Source: Polyangiaceae bacterium (GTDB taxonomy: Bacteria; Myxococcota_A; Polyangia; Polyangiales; Polyangiaceae). From it: a stretch of DNA of 64,000 nt. Below are positions 1 to 9,259 of this stretch, piece by piece (within the stretch, counting starts at the first letter, position 1; each line of letters starts with the position of its first letter). The position numbers and the translations under genes are program-made. The stretch lies in assembly GCA_044376115.1 (NCBI GenBank), contig JBILLK010000014.1, positions 173,896-237,895 of the forward strand, in the 5' to 3' direction. The notes under the pieces were generated by a model. The model ran no database searches and was not told the DNA's origin. It saw only the letters and a list, made by a program, of their open reading frames with translations.

Positions 1-2
1 CC

Positions 3-353
3 GTCGACTGGGACAAGTTCAAGACCGACGACGAAGACACGCGCAAAGAGGCTGAGCGGCTTTGGCAAGGCACGCCCAGCGGGCGCTTTGAATCCTGCGT
101 CTCGACCTTTGGCATCTACGACATGATGGGCAACGTCGAGGAGTGGGTGACCACGCGGAAGTCACGTCGATTCCCCGGTGCCCTGATGGGTGGTTTTTGG
201 GCGAAGCCCTGGACTGGATGTCGCGGAACGAACGACGCACATGAGCCTGGTTTCGTCTTCTACGAAACCGGATTTCGCTGCTGCGCTGTACCCGGAACGC
301 TCGATGCCGACGGCAAGAAGCTACCTCGCAACGAAGAGAAGCAAGCTCAATGA
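3..353 (+). CDS. Formylglycine-generating-enzyme (FGE-sulfatase/SUMF1) domain protein, 5'-truncated by the window edge
   Basis: Frame is open from base 3 and reads ...CVSTFGIYDMMGNVEEW...GGFW...GFRCC, the typical C-terminal FGE-sulfatase motifs. Confidence 0.85.
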   Translation, partial: VDWDKFKTDDEDTRKEAERLWQGTPSGRFESCVSTFGIYDMMGNVEEWVTTRKSRRFPGALMGGFWAKPWTGCRGTNDAHEPGFVFYETGFRCCAVPGTLDADGKKLPRNEEKQAQ

Positions 354-1285
354 AGGCGATCTTTTTTGGTACTCCGGCGATCGCAGTTCCAGCGCTCGAT
401 GCGCTATGCGCGGTGGCCGAGGTGACGTTGGTGATCTGTCAACCCGATAGGCCCAAGGGTCGAGGCCTCGATCTGGCGGCTCCGCCAGTGAAAGAGCGTG
501 CGCTTGAACTGGGCATCGCAGTGCACCAGCCAACGAAGGTTCGGACGGTCGAGTTCGCCGAGCTCATCCGCGACCAAGCCGCCGACGTTGCGGTGGTAAT
601 GGCCTACGGACGCATCCTGACCAAAGCCGTGCTCGACGCGCCGCGACTTGGCTGCGTGAATCTGCACGCGTCGCTGCTTCCGCTGTATCGAGGCGCCGCT
701 CCCATCACCTGGGCGATCGTTGATGGCCAAACCGAGACAGGTGTCTCTCTCATGCAAATGGATGAGGGGATGGACACCGGCGCGGTACTTTCGATGAAGA
801 AGATCCCGATCCCCGAGAGCGCGAACGCCGAGGAGCTGAGCGCGGCACTGGCGGCCTGCGCCGCGAACGTGGTCAGCGAGGATTTGCCCAAGTTTCTAAG
901 GGGAGAGCTGCTCCCCACGCCGCAAGAGCACGAGCGCGCGACACACGCGCGACTGCTGACCAAGGAAGATGGCCGCATCAACTTCGATCAGCCTTGCAAG
1001 GCCGTTCACAATCACGTGCGAGGGATGAACCCTTGGCCGGGCGCCACCACGAGCCTCAACAACAAGACGCTCAAAGTGATTAGGACTTACGCAGTGCCGG
1101 ACGCAGCTGCTGATGCGCCGCCTGGAACCGTGGTTGTGGCTGAGAAGGGCCGCATCGAGGTGACCTGCAGTGCAGGCCGAATCGAAATCGCGATCGCGCA
1201 GCTCGAAGGAAAGAAGGCCTTACCAGCTGCAGAGCTGTTGAGCGGACGCGCCATCACGCTCGGGCAGCGGCTCGGAGAGAGTTAG
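350..1285 (+). CDS. fmt: Methionyl-tRNA formyltransferase
   Basis: FFGTP, QPDRPKGRG, NLHASLLPLYRGAAPI, MDEGMDTG and PWPGA motifs; 311 aa. Confidence 0.97.
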   Translation: MKAIFFGTPAIAVPALDALCAVAEVTLVICQPDRPKGRGLDLAAPPVKERALELGIAVHQPTKVRTVEFAELIRDQAADVAVVMAYGRILTKAVLDAPRLGCVNLHASLLPLYRGAAPITWAIVDGQTETGVSLMQMDEGMDTGAVLSMKKIPIPESANAEELSAALAACAANVVSEDLPKFLRGELLPTPQEHERATHARLLTKEDGRINFDQPCKAVHNHVRGMNPWPGATTSLNNKTLKVIRTYAVPDAAADAPPGTVVVAEKGRIEVTCSAGRIEIAIAQLEGKKALPAAELLSGRAITLGQRLGES

Positions 1286-2646
1286 AAGCGCCCACCCACG
1301 AACAGTCCCACTTCATCCGGGGCGACAACTGGAGCGAACGTCAGTTCGACGCTCGGAGTGCTCACAGGAGCTTTCCGTTTGCCCTCGTCGATCGGGACCG
1401 GCAGCGGGCCTTGACGGTCGAGGAAGAACATCGCGCCGCCCGCCAGGAAGGCTACCGAACCAACTCCACCTACCAGCACCCCAGCCGCGCGGAGTAGGTC
1501 GCGCCTGGCGACGTGTTCGTTGTAGGCCTCGTTCTGGTCTGACGTAATTCCAGTCGATAGACGCTCTTCTTCGATCGCCTGGGCGTCGGTTTGGGCGAGG
1601 AAGGCGAGCGCCAAGATCGAACCGCCACCAATCATCGTTGCCCCGCCGGCAATCATCAGCCCGAGAGAAGCGTCGCGTTGAACCGTGGTGGTGAGGTCAA
1701 TCGCAATTTCGCGCGATTCGCCGCCTTGCGCCTCGATCAGCTTTCCAAAGCTCTGGTAGCCCGACTTCGAGATCGAGAGGAAGTGGCGCCCCGGCGATAC
1801 GCTCAACTTGGAGGACTCGCCCTGATCGCGACCGTCAATGTGCACGGTCGCACCGCTTGGAATCGTCAGCACGAGAGACACGGGCGCTTCTTCGAGTGCG
1901 TACGTCTCAGCTTCCGTTTGACCGGGCAGCGCCTGCATCACGAACTCTTGTTCGATAAACCCTGGTGCAGACACCTTGATGGTGTGGCGGCCAGGAGCAA
2001 CCTCGGCATCCACCTGGGGCGGCGCGCCTTCCCCCCCGTCGATCGAAATGAGAGCACCGGGCGTCGGCGAATCGATCGACAGGATGGTCTTGCGTTCAAC
2101 CGCCGCTTGGGTGGAACCGGTGCCCGACGGGCCGGGATCTCGTTGACCGAGGTCCTCAAGGGCACGAATCGCGTCTGCTCTCCGGCCCCCCGTCGGAACA
2201 GCCGCCAAATAGGCCCTTAGGTTCTCAATCGAGGCAGCGCGATGGCGTTGGTCTTGCGACTCGGCAAAGCGCTTCTTGTAGGCCTGCCCGAGCGAGAACA
2301 ACACGCTCGGACGGCCACTGAGCGTGTACGAGCGCTCAAATGCCTGAATGGCCGCTGCGTAGTCGCCCTTCTCGTAGGACTTCCCTCCGGCGGCAAAGAG
2401 CGTCTTGGCCTTCGCGATGTCAGCGGGCGGTGGGTCCTTGGGGGCCACGGGAACGGCTGACGTGGTTGCAGCTGCTACGGGCGGCTCAGCGGGTGGTGCT
2501 GGCTTCTCCGGAGGAGGAGACCAGGGTTTGGCCGGCGCGCCAGGCGTTCGTGGGGTACCTGCAGGCTGTGCATCCACGACTGGTGCAGCCATCAAGGTCG
2601 CTACGACTGTGGCGAGAACGCCAGCTCGAACTCGAAACCCGCTCAT
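1282..2646 (-). CDS. TPR + PEGA domain exported/membrane protein
   Basis: Signal peptide from ATG 2646, Pro-rich linker, TPR-like helices (YEKGDYAAAIQAFERSY), two PEGA repeats (PGRHTIKVSAPGF, PGRHFLSISKSGY), C-terminal hydrophobic segments ending GGRF. Confidence 0.85.
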   Translation of the reverse strand: MSGFRVRAGVLATVVATLMAAPVVDAQPAGTPRTPGAPAKPWSPPPEKPAPPAEPPVAAATTSAVPVAPKDPPPADIAKAKTLFAAGGKSYEKGDYAAAIQAFERSYTLSGRPSVLFSLGQAYKKRFAESQDQRHRAASIENLRAYLAAVPTGGRRADAIRALEDLGQRDPGPSGTGSTQAAVERKTILSIDSPTPGALISIDGGEGAPPQVDAEVAPGRHTIKVSAPGFIEQEFVMQALPGQTEAETYALEEAPVSLVLTIPSGATVHIDGRDQGESSKLSVSPGRHFLSISKSGYQSFGKLIEAQGGESREIAIDLTTTVQRDASLGLMIAGGATMIGGGSILALAFLAQTDAQAIEEERLSTGITSDQNEAYNEHVARRDLLRAAGVLVGGVGSVAFLAGGAMFFLDRQGPLPVPIDEGKRKAPVSTPSVELTFAPVVAPDEVGLFVGGRF

Positions 2647-2722
2647 TCCGCACGGAACGTACAAGAAGGCGGGCGCCAGCACGATTGAGAAAATCGTCGA
2701 CGGCTATTGCTACCATCACCTC

Positions 2723-3295
2723 ATGGCCGAGGATGAGCTTGCGATCAGGGACCGCTTCATCGCTGAAATCCAAGCTGAATTCCCCAACTTCAGGATCATC
2801 AAGAAGGACCATAGTTCTTTCGCCAAGGCGATCGATGTGGCGCTGAAGCTTTTGACACTTGGCGGGCAGCGCGAGTTCATGAGCCGCTATTTCACCGTGA
2901 TCGGTGACACGCTCTATGTGCCAACAGGCTTTGATGAACTCGACCCGATCAACGTGGTGATCACGCTGCGCCATGAGCGCGTCCACCTTCGCCAACGACG
3001 TCGCCTCACGTTGCCAGGGATGACGTTGCTCTACCTCTTGCTGCCGTTTCCGTTGGGAATGGCGTACTTCCGCGCTCGCCTCGAGTGGGAGGCGTACACC
3101 GAGACGCTGCGAGCAACTCTCGAGCTGCGCGGGCGCGAGGCGCTGATGATGCCTGCGCTTCGCGAACGCATCGTGTCGCAGTTCACGGGAGCCGCGTACG
3201 GCTGGATGTGGCCCTTCCCGAAGAGCGTCAACCGCTGGTACGACGCAGCTCTCCGGGAAGTGCTGAGCGGCAGTGATGCGCCGCTAGCTCCGTGA
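2723..3295 (+). CDS. Hypothetical protein with HExxH zincin-like motif
   Basis: LRHERVHLRQ followed by a hydrophobic stretch and LEWEAY; start moved to ATG 2723 because the longer ORF overlaps the divergent gene. Confidence 0.7.
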   Translation: MAEDELAIRDRFIAEIQAEFPNFRIIKKDHSSFAKAIDVALKLLTLGGQREFMSRYFTVIGDTLYVPTGFDELDPINVVITLRHERVHLRQRRRLTLPGMTLLYLLLPFPLGMAYFRARLEWEAYTETLRATLELRGREALMMPALRERIVSQFTGAAYGWMWPFPKSVNRWYDAALREVLSGSDAPLAP

Positions 3296-3305
3296 TTGAG
3301 TCGTC

Positions 3306-4277
3306 TCAGCTGCCAGACGGGTGCCAGATCGTTTTGTGCTCGAGGAACTTCTCGATCCACATCGGAGAGGTGCAGGCCTCGTGGTCGTACCAGGCCTTCT
3401 CACTGAGACTACGGACGCGCACGCGCTTGACGCTGTCTGCGGCGAAGTCACTGACCTCACGCACCAACCCGGCCTCGACGTCATGCAGGTCAAGCGCGCC
3501 GACCTCCATATGCCGAGCCATCGGAACGAGCATCTCTTTGACCTTGCCGGTCAGAATGTTCACGACCCCTCCGGGCAGATCACTCGTCGCCAAAAGCTCC
3601 CCAAAGATGAGAGCCGTACGCGGGTCTCGCTCGCTGGCGAGCACCACCACCGTGTTACCGCCCGCGATGATCGGCACGATGGTACCGACGAGTCCGAGCA
3701 GACTGGGCCGTGCGGGAGCCGCCGCGGCGACCACCCCCACCGGCTCGGGCAGGGTGAAGTCGAAGTGAGGGCCACCCACTGGGTTGAGGCTGGCGAACAG
3801 ACTTTGGAACTTGTCGGTCCAGCCCGCGAAGGAGATCACGCGATGGATGGACTCAGCCACCTCTTCATCGGCGAGGGCCTCTGGAACGCCCGAACGAACC
3901 AGCGACTTCGCGAGCTCACTGCTTCGCCCTTCGAGCATCTCGGCGAGACGGTAGAGGATCTGACCGCGGTTGAAGGCAGCTCGCTTCGACCAGCCGGAGA
4001 AGGCTGCGTGCGCGGCGAGAACGGCGTCTCGAGCGTCTTTGCGTGAGCCTCGCGGGACGTTCTCGCGCGTACCTTTTTCTCGAGGATCCATCGACTCAAC
4101 CACCTGTGTGTAGCGCCCTGATTCGGAGCGGATGAAGGCTCCGCCGACGTACATTTTGTAGGCTTTGCGAACGGCCAACGATGCCCGGGGCCACTCCGCC
4201 GGACCATCGGTCACGACCTTCTCGACTGCTGACGTGCGCACGGCAGCGCTAGCTGCCTTGGTTCGAACCCGAGCCAT
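3306..4277 (-). CDS. Truncated aldehyde-dehydrogenase-like protein (NAD-binding part only)
   Basis: KAYKMYVGGAFIRSESGR, EPVGVV and LPGGVVNILTG motifs; no ELGGK or catalytic Cys region; start overlaps the upstream stop (TGATG). Confidence 0.85.
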   Translation of the reverse strand: MARVRTKAASAAVRTSAVEKVVTDGPAEWPRASLAVRKAYKMYVGGAFIRSESGRYTQVVESMDPREKGTRENVPRGSRKDARDAVLAAHAAFSGWSKRAAFNRGQILYRLAEMLEGRSSELAKSLVRSGVPEALADEEVAESIHRVISFAGWTDKFQSLFASLNPVGGPHFDFTLPEPVGVVAAAAPARPSLLGLVGTIVPIIAGGNTVVVLASERDPRTALIFGELLATSDLPGGVVNILTGKVKEMLVPMARHMEVGALDLHDVEAGLVREVSDFAADSVKRVRVRSLSEKAWYDHEACTSPMWIEKFLEHKTIWHPSGS

Positions 4278-5845
4278 CACTCGACCTCCAGATACGCGAG
4301 AAGCCCCTGTCGCCCGCCCTCACGGCCAAAGCCGCTTTCCTTGTAGCCACCGAAGGGGGAGCTGGGATCGAACTTGTTGAAGGTGTTGGCCCAGACCACG
4401 CCAGCGCGCAGCTTCTGAGCGATCTCGAAGCTCTTGGAGCCCTTGTCCGTCCACACGCCCGCCGAGAGCCCGTAAGCCGTGTTGTTCGCCTTCTCCACCG
4501 CCTCATCAGGAGTGCGGAAGGAGAGCACGCTAAGCACCGGCCCAAAGATCTCCTCACGCGCGATGCGATGGGATTGAGAGACGTTGGAGAACACCGTCGG
4601 CGCGAACCAGAAGCCGCGCTTGGGCAACTCGCACGGAGTGCTGAAGCGAACGGCGCCCTCCTCTTCCCCGCTTGCAACGAGCTCACGAATCTTATCGAGC
4701 TGCATACGGCTATTGATGGCGCCGACGTCGGTGTTCTTGTCGAGCGGATCACCCACGCGCAGCGTCTTCATACGGTCGTGGAGCTTGCGCAGCACGAGGT
4801 CGTGAACGCCCTCCTGCACCAGGAGCCGCGACCCAGCGCAGCACACGTGGCCTTGGTTGAAGAAGATCGCTCCGACGATGCCTTCGATCGCTTGGTCGAG
4901 CGGAGCGTCGTCAAACACGATGTTGGCGGCCTTGCCACCGAGCTCGAGCGTGAGCCGCTTCTTGGTGCCTGCGAGAGCTTTTTGGATTCGCTTGCCGATC
5001 GCAGTCGAGCCGGTGAAGGCAACCTTGTTGACGTCCGGATGAGAGACCACTGCGGCCCCCGTTTTCCCAGCGCCAGTCACAATGTTCACGACGCCTGGCG
5101 GCAAATCCGCCTCCTCTATGATCTTCGCTAACAAGAGCGCCGTGAGCGGAGTCGTTTCAGCGGGCTTGAGAACGCAGGTATTGCCGCAAGCAAGGGCCGG
5201 AGCGAGCTTCCAAGCCGCCATCAGCAGCGGGAAATTCCAGGGGATGACTTGCCCGGCAACGCCCAGAGGCCGCGGAGTTGCGCCTGGGAACGCGTACTTC
5301 AGTTTGTCTGCCCAGCCTGCGTAGTAGAAGAAGTGGTTGGCGGCCGTGGGCACGTCGAAGTCACGCGCCTCTTTGATCGGCTTGCCACCATCCATCGATT
5401 CGACGATGGCAAATTCACGAGCTTTCTCCTGCAGCGCGCGCGCGATGCGGAAGATGTACTTGGCGCGATCGATCGGTCGCATCGGGCGCCAATACTTCTC
5501 GTAAGCGTGACGTGCAGCAGCCACCGCCTTGTCCACGTCGCGTTCGTCCGCCTCCGCGACTTCAGCGAGCTTCTCCTCGGTGGACGGACTGACGGTGTCG
5601 AAATAACGACCCGAGAGCGGCTTCTGCCAACGTCCGTTAATGAAAAGCTCGTAGCGCTTTTCGATCACGACGTGGTCGGCTGACTCGGGCGCCGGCGCGT
5701 ACGACCACTTTGACCCGAATTGCAGCCCGAAGGATTGCCCATCCGAGCCGGGTGAGGTCGAGGCTACATGCGGTTCAACCGCGCGCACGATCGCCCTCTC
5801 GGACTTCTTGTTCACCTTTGCGGTGCTGCCATTTTTGGCTGCCAT
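4277..5845 (-). CDS. Aldehyde dehydrogenase (complete)
   Basis: IPWNFP, KPAETTP, FTGST, LELGGK, FFNQGHVCCAG, EEIFGP and PFGGYKESGFGREGG motifs. Confidence 0.96.
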   Translation of the reverse strand: MAAKNGSTAKVNKKSERAIVRAVEPHVASTSPGSDGQSFGLQFGSKWSYAPAPESADHVVIEKRYELFINGRWQKPLSGRYFDTVSPSTEEKLAEVAEADERDVDKAVAAARHAYEKYWRPMRPIDRAKYIFRIARALQEKAREFAIVESMDGGKPIKEARDFDVPTAANHFFYYAGWADKLKYAFPGATPRPLGVAGQVIPWNFPLLMAAWKLAPALACGNTCVLKPAETTPLTALLLAKIIEEADLPPGVVNIVTGAGKTGAAVVSHPDVNKVAFTGSTAIGKRIQKALAGTKKRLTLELGGKAANIVFDDAPLDQAIEGIVGAIFFNQGHVCCAGSRLLVQEGVHDLVLRKLHDRMKTLRVGDPLDKNTDVGAINSRMQLDKIRELVASGEEEGAVRFSTPCELPKRGFWFAPTVFSNVSQSHRIAREEIFGPVLSVLSFRTPDEAVEKANNTAYGLSAGVWTDKGSKSFEIAQKLRAGVVWANTFNKFDPSSPFGGYKESGFGREGGRQGLLAYLEVE

Positions 5846-5914
5846 AGGGCACGCACTGTATCCAGGCGGGCGCCAGAAAACACCCTCGAATTTGAGCTTC
5901 GCGAGCCGGGCGGC

Positions 5915-6727
5915 TCAGCTGCCCGTGAAGCGCGGCTCTCGCTTTTCAATGAAGGCGCTCATCGCTTCCTTCAGGTCGTTACTCGCGAGATGCGCGGCAT
6001 TCCAAAGCGCAACGTACTCAAGCCCGGCGCGCTCACCCTGTTCCTCGGTTACCCGCAGGACGGCCTTGGTGCCCTGCACCACGAGGGGCGCATTGCCAGC
6101 AGCTTCACGTGCGACCTCACGAGCGGCTTGCAGCACGTCGACCTCGCTCTCGAACAGATCGTTGACCAAGCCGATGCGCAGCGCCCGTTCAGAGCTGATG
6201 TCCTTCCCGGTGAGGGCCATCTCCCGCAAGTGACCGCGCGGAACGACCGCTTGAAGACGTTGTAGGGAGCCCATATCAGCGACGATGGCGATCTTGGTCT
6301 CACGGATGCCAAAGCGCGCCGACTTTGCGGCCAACCGCACGTCACACGCTGCCACGAGATCCAAGCCACCACCGATGCACAGGCCGTGAATGGCGGCGAT
6401 GAAGGGCTTGTTGCTGGCGGCGATCGCGTCGAAACCTGCGCGCAAGCGGCCGACCAAACGCAGTAGTTCGAGCCGCTCTTTGGCCAGCCCACCATCCAAC
6501 AAGGCGCTTCCGAGCGCGGGTGCCATTTGCACTAGATCGAGCCCCGTCGAAAACTGAGGGCCGTCGGCCGCCACCACCACCGCGCGCACCGCCTCGTCGG
6601 CATCGAGCTGTGCCACCACCTTCGGTAGTTCCTCGAAGAACGCTGGCCCCATCGCGTTCCGTCTCGAAGGATTGGCCAGAAACAGCGTAGCCACGTGCCC
6701 ATCTTGCTCGACCCGAAAGACGCTCAT
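5915..6727 (-). CDS. Crotonase / enoyl-CoA hydratase family protein (dienoyl-CoA isomerase-like)
   Basis: RRNAM, FSTGLDL, KPFIAAIHGLCIGGGLDL and ADMGSLQRL motifs; start reassigned to ATG 6727 (MSVFRVEQ). Confidence 0.92.
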   Translation of the reverse strand: MSVFRVEQDGHVATLFLANPSRRNAMGPAFFEELPKVVAQLDADEAVRAVVVAADGPQFSTGLDLVQMAPALGSALLDGGLAKERLELLRLVGRLRAGFDAIAASNKPFIAAIHGLCIGGGLDLVAACDVRLAAKSARFGIRETKIAIVADMGSLQRLQAVVPRGHLREMALTGKDISSERALRIGLVNDLFESEVDVLQAAREVAREAAGNAPLVVQGTKAVLRVTEEQGERAGLEYVALWNAAHLASNDLKEAMSAFIEKREPRFTGS

Positions 6728-6784
6728 GGCAAAAGCACAGCACGAAGGTCGTTCGGAATCCAGGTCTGCTGCCATAATGCCGCC

Positions 6785-7609
6785 GTGAGGTCGCCCACAC
6801 TCTCCGCGCTCGCCGGCTCGTTCGAGGCCGTCCGAACACTGCGGCTCGGTGAGACGGACATTCTCCCGCTGCCTTCGGCTACTTTTGAGTACGAGCCGCG
6901 CAGGCGGGGCGCACGGCCTCCGCTCATGGACGTCTACCAACCGCACCACCCCAACCAACGTTGGATGTTGGTGATTCACGGTGGCGGCTTCACCACCGGC
7001 TCGCGCAACATGAAGCCGTCGCGAACCATCGCGGCGTACTTTCTCGCGCGCGGCTGGCAGGTGTACTCGGCGGACTACCCGCTCGCTCGCGCTGGCGGCA
7101 TCAAGCTTCCCGAGCAGCGCGAATCGGTCGAAAACGCCGTCCGCGCCGCGGCGCGCCACGCCCAACGGCAGACCGGAGTCGCAAGCAAAGGCGTGCTTCT
7201 CGGTTGCTCCGCAGGCGCGACGCTCGCGTTGCTCGCCAGCGAGCAGGAGCTCGACCACGTCGAGACAGTGGTCTCCTGCTTTGGCCTCTACGACTTCACT
7301 GCGTTGGATGCTCCGCTGCTCAAGCTCTTTCGCGGCTTGGTGCTCGGCTCGGCGTCGCACGAAGCAGCGCTTGTGGCCTCGCCTTCCCACCGCGCAAAGC
7401 CGCTCCCGCGAACGGTCTTGCTCCACGGAACGGCCGATCGACTGGTCCCCCACGAGCAGGCCGAGCAGATGGAGCGGGCCCTCGTTCGCGCGGGGGCGAA
7501 AGCCGAGCGCTTCGAGTACGTCGGTGCGCCGCACGCTTTCTTCAACGATCGAAGGTCGCCGACCTGCCTGCGAGCCCTCGCCGACATCGATCGCGCACTC
7601 AGCGTGTAA
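6785..7609 (+). CDS. Alpha/beta hydrolase (esterase/lipase, HSL-like)
   Basis: HGGGF oxyanion motif, GCSAG nucleophile elbow, HGTADRLVP and GAPHAF; start uncertain (GTG 6785). Confidence 0.88.
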   Translation: MRSPTLSALAGSFEAVRTLRLGETDILPLPSATFEYEPRRRGARPPLMDVYQPHHPNQRWMLVIHGGGFTTGSRNMKPSRTIAAYFLARGWQVYSADYPLARAGGIKLPEQRESVENAVRAAARHAQRQTGVASKGVLLGCSAGATLALLASEQELDHVETVVSCFGLYDFTALDAPLLKLFRGLVLGSASHEAALVASPSHRAKPLPRTVLLHGTADRLVPHEQAEQMERALVRAGAKAERFEYVGAPHAFFNDRRSPTCLRALADIDRALSV

Positions 7610-7638
7610 GGAACGGCGTAGGAGTACGTTTAGCGTTT

Positions 7639-8262
7639 ATGGGACCGCTTCTTCGCTCGACAATCGCCTTCCTAGCTCTCACCTTCGGCTCGGGCTGCGC
7701 CTCCTACCTTCCGTTCTCCCAAGAGTTGCGGGATGAGCACCGGCTCGAGACGAAGGACCTGAAGAACCTCCAGTTTTACACCTCACACACGATCACCCTG
7801 CGACGTGAGGCAGAGCGTGGAGGTCGCGAGATCACGCCCGGTCACAAGTTGCTGTTGATCGCTGGCAAACAGATCGAGGAGGTCGTGATCGAGAAGCATA
7901 CGCCGGGGATCGTGGTTGGAGCCTCCGGGTCGAGCTTGGAGGTGAGCTTCGCGGAAGGATCTTCGATGACCTTCTCGCTGCGTGGCCCTGAGCCTCTTTC
8001 CGAGCCGGTGGTTCTGGATCGCCGTTTCGCCGAACCGCCGGATCCCTTCCCTGGCAACCGAGTCAATCGGCCCGAGCCGGAACCCGCGCTCTCCACCGGC
8101 TTCGGCAACTACTACCTCACGCCGCGCGGCCGCACGGTCGAGTTCCAGGGAAAGACCTGGGACGCGGTGGGCGAATCGGACCTGTCGCACTTGGTGATAA
8201 GCACCGAATCGTTGGAAGAGGTGCAAGAAAGTGAGACCGTGCTCAAGGGACGTACGCTCTAG
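7639..8262 (+). CDS. Hypothetical lipoprotein
   Basis: ATG 7639, hydrophobic signal and lipobox-like GSGC; 3' part of the 6961..8262 ORF. Confidence 0.75.
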   Translation: MGPLLRSTIAFLALTFGSGCASYLPFSQELRDEHRLETKDLKNLQFYTSHTITLRREAERGGREITPGHKLLLIAGKQIEEVVIEKHTPGIVVGASGSSLEVSFAEGSSMTFSLRGPEPLSEPVVLDRRFAEPPDPFPGNRVNRPEPEPALSTGFGNYYLTPRGRTVEFQGKTWDAVGESDLSHLVISTESLEEVQESETVLKGRTL

Positions 8263-8297
8263 CCCAACCGCTCACGCAAAAGTGGTAGCACCGCGCT

Positions 8298-9062
8298 ATG
8301 CATGTGGTGATTACCGGAGCTTCCGTAGGGATCGGCGAAGCGCTAGCGCGAGAGTTTCACAAGCGCGGAGCAACGCTCTCGCTGATCGCGCGGCGCAAAC
8401 AAAAGCTCGAGCAGCTAGCGCAAGAGCTCGGCTCCCGCAGCCACGTCTATGCAGCAGACTTGGTGGACCCCAAGGCGGCTGCTGCGACCGTGGCGGAGTG
8501 CGCCAGTGACCAGGGCCCGATCGACGTGCTCGTGAACAACGCGGGCGTGCAGATCATCGCGGCCGCCCAAGACACAGACCCGGATCAAGGCGAGCGGCTG
8601 CTTGCGCTCAACGTCGCCACGCCGTTGCGGCTCATCCACGACGTGCTGCCATCGATGTTGGAGCGCAAACAGGGAACGATCGTGAACATGGCCTCGATGG
8701 CCGGTCTCTCGCCCGTCCCCAACATGCTCTATTACAACGCCTCCAAGGGTGGGCTTGCGAACGCCTCGGAGGCCTTGCGCGGCGAGCTTGACGGTACCGG
8801 GGTAAACGTTCTCACGGTGTATCCAGGCCCGGTGCACACCGCGATGGGTGACAGCGGCATCGAAAAGTACGAAGCCACTTCGGTCGCCGCCATGGCCCCA
8901 TGGGGAACCGCGGAGGAGCTGGCTGAATTGGTGGCGAGGGCGGTGGAACTGCGTGAGGCCAGGATCATTTATCCGCGCGCCTATGCCATCTCCCGTTGGT
9001 TCCCCAACCTTTCGCGCTGGTTTTCGTTGCGATTCGCGCCACCCCTCAAGTCACCGAGCTGA
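8298..9062 (+). CDS. Short-chain dehydrogenase/reductase (SDR)
   Basis: TGASVGIG, NNAG, YNASK and PGPV motifs. Confidence 0.95.
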   Translation: MHVVITGASVGIGEALAREFHKRGATLSLIARRKQKLEQLAQELGSRSHVYAADLVDPKAAAATVAECASDQGPIDVLVNNAGVQIIAAAQDTDPDQGERLLALNVATPLRLIHDVLPSMLERKQGTIVNMASMAGLSPVPNMLYYNASKGGLANASEALRGELDGTGVNVLTVYPGPVHTAMGDSGIEKYEATSVAAMAPWGTAEELAELVARAVELREARIIYPRAYAISRWFPNLSRWFSLRFAPPLKSPS

Positions 9063-9102
9063 GCTGAGCGCGAAGGCACGGTTTGTTGCGAAGCGTTGCA
9101 CT

Positions 9103-9251
9103 GAATGACTCGTGCCAAGTTCAAGTGACCGACGGGGCCTTCGGCCGTTCGTTATTGAAGAAGGCCCGAGTCATTCTGTTCACTGATCCGCCTTCGGCGG
9201 AATTCGGTTGCTCGACCAGGTGGAGGTGAGGCTGTAGGCTCGCTGGTCGAG
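9103..9251. other. Structured intergenic element of three hairpins (candidate ncRNA or 5' leader)
   Basis: Inverted repeats GAATGACTCG 9103-9112 / CGAGTCATTC 9167-9176 closing a long imperfect stem; TCCGCC-TTC-GGCGGA 9187-9201; CTCGACCAG 9211-9219 / CTGGTCGAG 9243-9251. Confidence 0.55.
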
Positions 9252-9259
9252 GGGTTCCC

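Noticed and set aside
3306..4277. Short ALDH as a pseudogene or frameshifted fragment
   Set aside because: Intact ORF with its own coupled start and a coherent C-terminus; the upstream ALDH is already complete
5915..8262. Apparent long N-terminal extensions of the crotonase (to 7534) and lipoprotein (from 6961) ORFs
   Set aside because: The extensions overlap the alpha/beta hydrolase gene; internal ATGs give normal-length proteins
9103..9251. Retron msr/msd, 6S RNA or SRP RNA interpretation of the hairpins
   Set aside because: No reverse transcriptase nearby, no single long rod with a central bubble, and no SRP GGAA/AGCAG motif
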